Positions 55,690-64,000 of a DNA stretch of 64,000 nucleotides are shown piece by piece (the stretch's first letter is position 1; every line of letters begins with the position of its first letter). The stretch comes from Eledone cirrhosa (taxonomy: Eukaryota): the NCBI GenBank assembly GCA_964016885.1, contig OZ024743.1:346828001-346892000 (forward strand), written 5' to 3'. The notes beneath the pieces were generated by a model. That model worked only from the letters and a program-made list of their open reading frames with translations, searched no databases and was not told the origin of the DNA. The translations under genes and the position numbers were made by a program.

Positions 55690-57646
55690 CTCTATCTCTA
55701 TCTTCTCGGCTTTCTGCTCTCACTTTGTCCATATTGGTCAACGTGACATTCAATCTGTTGATTAAACAGCGAATCAACTAGCATATCAAGTTTCTTTATA
55801 ATAGCCTACAAACTCTGTCGTCTTCCGCATCATGCTAAATTAACTTAGCGCCCCATCCCAACGACCTCTTAGAATGTACTACTCACTATACCCTACACTG
55901 CATCACCTCCACCATCCAATGTTTCCCCATCTCCCTTTAACATCAACATTTCCTTTCCCTCCACTTCAAACGTAGACACACTGCGTTCCTTATTTGTTTT
56001 ATTCCTGAAGGTCCCTTAAGGTACTCATCCACCACCACCACCAACACCACTACTAGTAACATCTCACAATGTCCTCTCAACATATTTGTCACCTTCCTCT
56101 CGCCTCCTACTTAGCTGAGTTTCTTGGTGTTCCGAGGCCATAAACTCTACTCTCTCTGTCTTCTTCACTCCGCCCCTCACCTGCTCCCAGTTATGAACAC
56201 TTGAAACCCCTTCATTCTGTCTAGGGGCCCCTAGAGAGATAAACTTCACAGCGATCTGTTGATGGACACTCTCTAGTGATGGGACAGGTTAACATATCAA
56301 ACTGATATACATTGTGTGGTGTGTATGTATGTGTGTGTGTGTGTGTGTGTGTGTGCGTGCGTGTGTGTGTGTCTTTGCGAGTGAAGGCGTATTTACGACG
56401 CATGTGTGGTTTGTCAGTGTGTGATTAACAACGCATAGGCATGTGTGACCTTCTGTGCGTGTATGTGATTTCGGACACTGAAAGTGTTTTTTTAAGTATC
56501 TGTATGTATATGTGCATATGTTCTTCTGTGGAGTGTGTGTGAAATTATAACTATGTATATGGTTTGAAACAGAAGTTGGTTGTTTTTGTTGTCACTTAGC
56601 CTAAGAAAGGCGTTCTATTCCTGCCCATCCCTGAATATTTCTATATCTCCAACACACTGTCTCTAGGTCACTCATTTTTAAAATGCTCATCCTTCTCTTA
56701 AGATACTAAGATTGATTTGAGGAAAAGTTATTGCAATTTCTATCAAATCGAGAGACAACGAAGAGTTTCACTCCGTTGGCTATTTAAAGGGTTATCCGAC
56801 ACAGGCATAAACATAAATAAAATCACAGTCATGAATACACACACACACGTATATATGCATATATTCGACGACTTCTATATTTTCTGTCAACAATATATTA
56901 CTTCCAAGACAATGGTTGGAAAAAAATATAGTAGAACATTTTCTCAGTAAAGGGAGTGCGCCCCAAACCCCATGAAACTGAACCGAACATGTTAAACTTA
57001 GAGCCAGACCAGCGCTTACAAATATATTCTTAGTATATAGAAAATAATGAATGTGTGTACACATATACGTACATTCCCCACAAACACATACTCTGTATAT
57101 ATATATATATGTGTGTGTGTGTGTGAGCGTGCGAACACATACATATATATTAAATGTATATGTACATACATCGCACAAGCATTTATTCTTGAAAACTTTG
57201 ACAATGTATAATACGTAGAATGAAAGCAGGAGTACCAATAAATATTTAAATATATTTCTTTATATCTAAATAAAAAAACAAATATTTAACAAAAAAAAAG
57301 AAAAGATATACAGAAAGTTAAAACAAAATAAATAGAAACTTCCTTGGTAATAATTTATTTAAAGGCTTTAATATAAGTTGAAAAGTTTTTCTCACTAGAG
57401 ATTCATCTTAAGTCATAATGGTCTATGTTTATTTGACCAGGTCAGGCTGATAACATTATCACTTTACACGCTTATGGTCAGTTATAATTTAAATGTCTGA
57501 AACGTAAATTTATCCCAGTAGTTACAAGCACAGGCACGCACACCTAAAACTCACTAACGTACGCACATGCATACACGCTGTCTTTTTTATACATTTAAAT
57601 ATGAACTCATATATTAATGGTTCTGATACTCCCTTTTGCTAGTTCG

Positions 57647-57681
<35 letters not shown>

Positions 57682-57829
57682 TGAGTATATGTTGGTTGTT
57701 TATCGACACCTCAGTATGCAGATTGGAGCACTCGACGAAGTACGCAGGTTGGTTTGGTTACTCCGGAGTAATGTAAAATAAAATAATTAAGTCAAATATT
57801 TAAAATTTGGCTTCGTTTATTAAAGACGT

Positions 57830-57884
57830 ACTGTTATATATATTTTGGTGACAGCCATCATTGGCTGTGACCTCTTCAGGCAGT
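57830..57884 (-). ncRNA. Minimal type I hammerhead with a G12A change
   Basis: Minus strand: actgc CUGAAGA ggtcacagcca-atga-tggctgtcacc AAAA tatata UA acagt. Confidence 0.68.
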
Positions 57885-58030
57885 TCGAATTGGTGTGGTA
57901 GAGACAGGTACTCATGTTGTTAAAGTGTTTTACTCCGTCAATACTCCGATATGTCAAGCTCCTGGTTGGGTTGTTATTTCTCTGGGGAACTGGATTCCAG
58001 TTCCTTAGAGAAATAACAACACCAATTCGG

Positions 58031-58085
58031 ACTGCCTGAAGAGGTCACAGCCAATGGTGGCTGTCACCGAAATATATATAGCAGT
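58031..58085 (+). ncRNA. Minimal type I hammerhead, intact canonical core
   Basis: actgc CUGAAGA ggtcacagcca-atgg-tggctgtcacc GAAA tatata UA gcagt. Stem I is 5 bp, stem II pairs at 10 of 11 positions and loop III is palindromic. Confidence 0.85.
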
Positions 58086-58778
58086 ACATCTTTAATAAAC
58101 GAAGCCAAATTTTAAATATTTGACTTAATTATTTTATTTTATATATATGTATATATATATTTGAGTGTGTGCGTGTACATATACATAAATACATACATAC
58201 ATACATGTATGTGCTTGAGAATCTGTATGAAATATGAAGTTCAGATTCGAGCAGTGTGCTCGAAATTGTTTTTTTTGCGGCCATTTGTTGTCAAATACTT
58301 GGTTGAGGTACTAAGGATCGAGTTTAGCAGTGTGTATATGTCTATAAGTATGTATGTATGTATGCACGTACGTATATCAATGTATATTTGCGTGATTGCA
58401 TGTGTGTGTGTGTGTATGTATGTGTACGAGAATTGTTATTATTGTATGTCATTTTCAGACCTGAAAGGAGAAACATATGGTTTTATTGTTTGTCTGTGAC
58501 GTAGGTGTATATATTTATATTTACTACAGACATGCTTGCTCGTATCTCTGCCCACTATAATTATGTATTTATGTGTATACACATACACACACAAATATAT
58601 ATATATATATATATACAGTTCTCTGTTTAGGTGAATATCCTAAAGGCAGAAAGAACTGCATATTGGTTGGTGAGTTTGAAGTGGTGTTTATTTATACCCA
58701 AGAACAAAGTAACTGTCTATCTGTCTGTCTGTCTATCTATCTATCTGTTTGTCTGTATATATAATATATGTATGTATG

Positions 58779-58823
<45 letters not shown>

Positions 58824-59191
58824 CTAATGACTGACGACGCTGAAAAAAAAAAGTCAAATGTATATGTTATATCTACACCTGTGTGTCTAAAGCAACCCAG
58901 AGACGATGTGTATGTATGTATTATTTTTCAACTGTCATATTATCCAGATACGCTCTCAAATTACACTGCTCGCAAACAGTTTTTTTTCATTTTACGTTAG
59001 CAGTGGAAATTAGAATAAATTATAACAAAACAACAGTTATTGTTCTGTCATCCTTGATTCCATTAGGTTCCTTCTTTATATCATTCTGTCACTGCCAAAA
59101 ACACCACAATCTTTTATGGCCGAGTGTTGTGAGGGTGTATATATGCATACATACATATAGCTACGGGCACCATCCGCCACACACGCACACG

Positions 59192-59263
<72 letters not shown>

Positions 59264-59272
59264 TATATATAC

Positions 59273-59314
<42 letters not shown>

Positions 59315-59614
59315 TATCGCTACTTTGATGCTTGTGGTTTTTATGTTAATTTCGCTTCACGAATTTTGTTATACGTATAATTTCAGTTTTTGTTGTTGTT
59401 TTTTTCAGTATTTTATTTGTTTATTTGTTGTTGTTTTTTATATTTATTCATATATTCTTTGGTTCAAGACCTAGTAGAAGTGATAAGAACGTTATGGTGG
59501 GGAAACGTGGAATGGAAGTAAAACTAAATCTCCACCCAGAACTAATTGGTAGCGTTAGAATGACGCTAACCATATCGTCTGTTGATATTCGACTTAATCT
59601 TCTTAACTTGCTTT

Positions 59615-59670
<56 letters not shown>

Positions 59671-60551
59671 AAATAAGTAAAGAAGGTTATATATATATTC
59701 CGTATTGGTATGAAGCTGATATTCTACTTGTGTTTAGATTCAAATAGTTGCAGCTCATGTTTGTTACTAAAACAGATAATTTGAAAGCCTTAATTATGGT
59801 CCGTTGCGGCTCAAAATTCTACGTATATCAGATAAGATCAACAATGACTGCTGATGTTGCTGCTTGCACTCTAAAATATACATATATGACCTTTTGGTAA
59901 TTCCCTATCAATTTTTTTTTTTAAATTACATTTATGAATGTTTGTATATAATCCACTATTTATCTATCGGTATACAGACAGATATGCGTGCGCACACACA
60001 CGTATATATATATATTTAGGTAGAGGGAGCGAGAGTATAGTTATAATTCTGTATTATCCAGGCAAATAAGATTAATATTCATCTTAGGTAATTTTTACGA
60101 AGTTCTCGAAACATGTCCTTTGTTTTGTTCAGTTGGCAACTCTTTCCGCATTGCCCTTGTTTCACATGATTTTAATTCATTGATCCCTTCATATATATAT
60201 AGAGAGAGCGTGTGTGTGTATGTATGTGTTTCTAAGATCGCGGTGCCCATTAATCATGGGGAGATGCAGAGTTGGTGTGGAAATATGTAAAATTTCGAAA
60301 GCGGCGCTATGCGGATGGGATTTTACATCTCTCTCTCTCTCTCTCTCTCTCACTATATATATATATATATATTTTGGGTCATCAAATATGAAATTTGTAG
60401 AAAAACTACTATTGGCCATATGCCTTACTACAAATTTCTTACTTGACGACCCGTTATACATATATACATATGTGTGTGTGTGTATCCATTACACAGTGAA
60501 AGTCTCTTATTGGATATTTAAAATGCTCAAAATCTATATTATTCACTTCCA

Positions 60552-60848
60552 GTATAGTTACGTGCCTTTACGATCTGAGTTCAAATCCCGCCGAGGTTGA
60601 CTTTGCCTTTCATCCTCACGGAGTCGATAAAATAACGTACCAGTAATGCACTGGGTATTTGCTGGCCTTGTGCCTAAAGTAGAAGCAATTAATTTCTTAT
60701 ACAATACAATGGTCTGAGTTCAAATCCTGCCGAGGTTAACTTTCCCTTTCATCCTTACGGGGTCGATAAAATAAAGTACCAGTAATACACTGGGGTAATT
60801 GCTGACCTTGTGCAAAAAGTAGAAACAATTAATTTATTATACAATACA
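60552..60848 (+). mobile_element. Tandem pair of truncated family A SINEs
   Basis: Units ~60573-60708 and ~60713-60848 both end in caattaattt.ttatacaataca. Confidence 0.85.
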
Positions 60849-61083
60849 GATTCACAAACGGACAGGTCACTGTGACAATTGTACTGCATTCCATATGAAC
60901 CCGAATTATGACAGTAACCAGAATTGTGACGAAAGCTATTTGCAAAATCATATATAACGATTGTATTAAGATAAACCAAAATAATAGAACAGTTGATTAA
61001 GTGGCTAACATGATTCTACTAAAATATAATCGTGTCAGTTTCGTTATATGATCTGAAATCATCTTACTTGCTCTGTGTGTATG

Positions 61084-61211
<128 letters not shown>

Positions 61212-62379
61212 TAAAAGACACTCCGTGACGGAGGAGTACGTAGAGAGAGTTCAGATAAAGAGGGAACGAATGTGACTGTTGAGAAAAAGGCGGAAAGATC
61301 ATTAAAAAATATCAAATGGGCCTTCAGGGTAGGGAGCAGTTCTTTGTTTCTGAAAGTGACGTTTTGTTTGCTTCTATTTTGAAAAAAAAATTTATGCATA
61401 CAATTTTGTCTTTGAGCATTTTTTTCAGATTTTTTTTTCTTTTCTTTTTTTGCGTGTCCTTTATTTGACGGTAACTTCCAGTTTCCCTCTCTATTCAAAA
61501 ATAACAATAGAAAAAAAACTAATATAAATCAGTTTCTCTTTTTCTTTCTTTTTGTTCCTTACCAACTCTTGACTTAATATTTTTTCATTTGATATTTCAC
61601 GCAAATTGCCACTGATATCCATTCCTGTATTTCGCGTCAATTTAGCTTTTCTGCCTTGAAGTAACATTTTCCACTATTTTCCACTGTTTACTGTAATATA
61701 AGATACGTCTTTTTCTGAATTCTATATTTTTTCCTTCTTTAGATTTAATTTCATCTTTTGTTTTTTAGTGGTATATATATATATATATATACACACTGGA
61801 GGCCAGTGGTAGGAATATCGTTTCACATCCCAATTTTCCCATGGTACATAGATATAGTGGGGGCATATCATTTGTAAATTTAGAATATTTGTATAGGAAT
61901 TGTTTGTAAGAAATGATTCGACAGCTGGATGGATGGATGGAGACAGAGGGAGAGAGAGAGTTGGGGAGGGCAACCGTATATTTATTCTCTATTTACGACT
62001 CGCAACTGATCTATGAAGTGAAAGAACTTACCCTACCCTAATTTCTAGAATTTTCAGCTACGTTGGCTTAATATATATTCTTTCTTGCCTACGGTGTACA
62101 AAATTATTTCGACAAGATTACCAGCTGACGATTGTGATAATTTTTTATGGTTAGATGATCAGCATTGCTTTAAACCTTAAGGGTGTTTGAACTTTCAGCA
62201 ATTGAGCGTGACTTAATTATCACCATAATCAACATTTTCTTCATATTCGTTATTTTCATTAGGATTATAAACGTTGTCATCATCATCATCAATAATATCC
62301 TAACCTCTCCATTCGCCTATATCCTAATTGTGTTAATATCCTTTGCGTTATCATTATCGTCATTATGATCCAGGTTGTC

Positions 62380-62593
62380 GGAGGATTGGCAGTATCGGTA
62401 GAGATGAGTCGGGCACCATGCTTTGCAGCATTGAGTTACGGCCCTTTACAGTCTGATTGCAAATCCAGCCGTGGTTAACTTTGTCTTTCCTCCTCACGGG
62501 GTCGATCAAATAAAGCACCAGTATCGTACTGGGGTCTATTTAATCGACTTTCCCCTCCTCCCAAATTGCTGGCCTTGTGCCTATACTAGAAAT
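62380..62593 (+). mobile_element. Full-length family A SINE with a ~19-bp TSD
   Basis: TSD cattatgatccag(g/a)ttgtc at 62361-79 and 62594-612. Confidence 0.85.
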
Positions 62594-63695
62594 CATTATG
62601 ATCCAGATTGTCATCGTCATCATCATCATCATGCCATCACCATCCTCATCATCAACTTCATTATGGTTATGATCCCATAGTCAATAATAATGATAATGAT
62701 CACAATTATAATAAAAATTATCGTGACTTTCAACATCATCACCATTTTATATTTATTGTTCGATTCGGTAGCTACCACTAACGGGTTGATGATGCAGATT
62801 CATAGTTGTAATAAATTAACTTGCGGTGGTTCGTTACGTCTCACCTATCATCAGCTCTTTATATGATGGGTAACAAATCTCAAACAGAATCAATTTCCCA
62901 TTAAGCCTTTCATTACGATGTTTCTAATAAAAGATACTGCCTATGATCAAATCATTTTGAAAATAATTAATTATTTTGGCGTTCACATTATTAAACTGGT
63001 GTTTGGAGCATAACTTAAAGAATGTATTTGCTTTAAGATATGATGGTTATTTCCTAAATGAATAAATAAACGTTATGCTAAACACTTTTGTGTTGCAGAA
63101 TTAGGAGTGTTTTCCTGAGATTTAGTGTCACAGATGGAGAAATATGTAAATTTATACTTTAGGGATACAATCGTCGCCAATAATCATGACTTCTATTATA
63201 TACATTTTTTTCGTTTTAATTTTGTTATATATAGATATGTATATATTTATACCATTTAAGTTATTTTGTTTAGCAACGGCTAGAATGCTGGTTCGGGTTA
63301 GTAAACGATTATGAAATAAATAAAAGCACTCAACGTTGTGCAGATGACTCATCGTAAATGTGGTATCCTGTTGCTGGTTCAGGAATGGAGTTACATATTT
63401 ATTAAAATTAACAGAAGGCCGGCAGGACAGGAACATTACCTTAAAATTGTAATTTCGCGAAAACCTTATACATATTTCAATGGCTCAGTTTCATCATATA
63501 ATACAATAGGACTACAGTGAACACAAACAAAGAAGAGAAAATAGAGGACAGATTTGCTTCGGTGGTATAGTAATGGCAAAACATCCCTGGATATTACCCT
63601 ATTTTTTATTCTCTGTTTATGTTCGCCGTAGTTTTGTTGACTTATATAACTACTTCTGCAATCCTGTTGTTTTATAGAGCTAATTCAGCAATCAT

Positions 63696-63767
63696 CACCT
63701 GATGAAATCGCCTATGTATTGCATCATATTCGGCTGATAAAAATGGGCAGTTGAAATATGTATATTG
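63696..63767 (+). ncRNA. Type I hammerhead fold, stem I decayed
   Basis: cac CUGAUGA aatcgcctat...atgggcagtt GAAA tatgta UA ttg. The base of stem II pairs at 9 of 10 positions including G.U. A ~65-nt tail follows and ends in (TA)n at ~63833. Confidence 0.6.
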
Positions 63768-63881
63768 TTTTCACGGAATTAAAAATTTCAGGAAAGTTTC
63801 CAGTACGGCCTTCTATTGTTTTTAATGAGTTTATATATATATATGTGTGTGTGTGCGTGAGTGTATGCCTCTGTGTGCGTG

Positions 63882-63918
<37 letters not shown>

Positions 63919-63939
63919 GTTTATATGTGGGTATATATG

Positions 63940-63990
<51 letters not shown>

Positions 63991-64000
63991 TATTCCTGTG

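Larger units (their letters stand above)
57680..58141. mobile_element. Palindromic hammerhead element with 123-bp arms and an inner hairpin
   Basis: Arms 57774-57896 / 58019-58141 each carry a hammerhead. Inner 25-bp hairpin at 57970-58020 with a 1-nt loop; tail on - at 57680-57773; (TA)n on both sides. Confidence 0.75.

Overview
AT-rich, microsatellite-dense metazoan genomic DNA; the SINE and simple-repeat content suggests a coleoid cephalopod such as an octopus (inference). The only convincing protein-coding segment is a 2,112-nt phase-1/phase-1 exon (38663-40774, +) of a Spalt-like (SALL) transcription factor, encoding the N-terminal C2HC zinc finger, the NVIIE..AVAQF box and a glutamine-poor version of the Q-rich helix. 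Its first exon and C2H2 exons were not found, so the rest of the window is probably intronic or upstream. Non-coding content includes many tRNA-derived SINEs, a decayed RTE-clade LINE, an isolated 28S rRNA fragment abutting a SINE, and a 200-N gap. The most striking signal is a dispersed set of short non-coding elements inserted in (TA)n tracts. They carry type-I hammerhead ribozyme folds (9 near-complete plus several partial or atypical), long inverted repeats, near-zero-loop hairpins and a shared 3' motif. This fits Penelope-like pseudo-LTR or retrozyme-type elements. All structures were read by eye; nothing was computed or searched.
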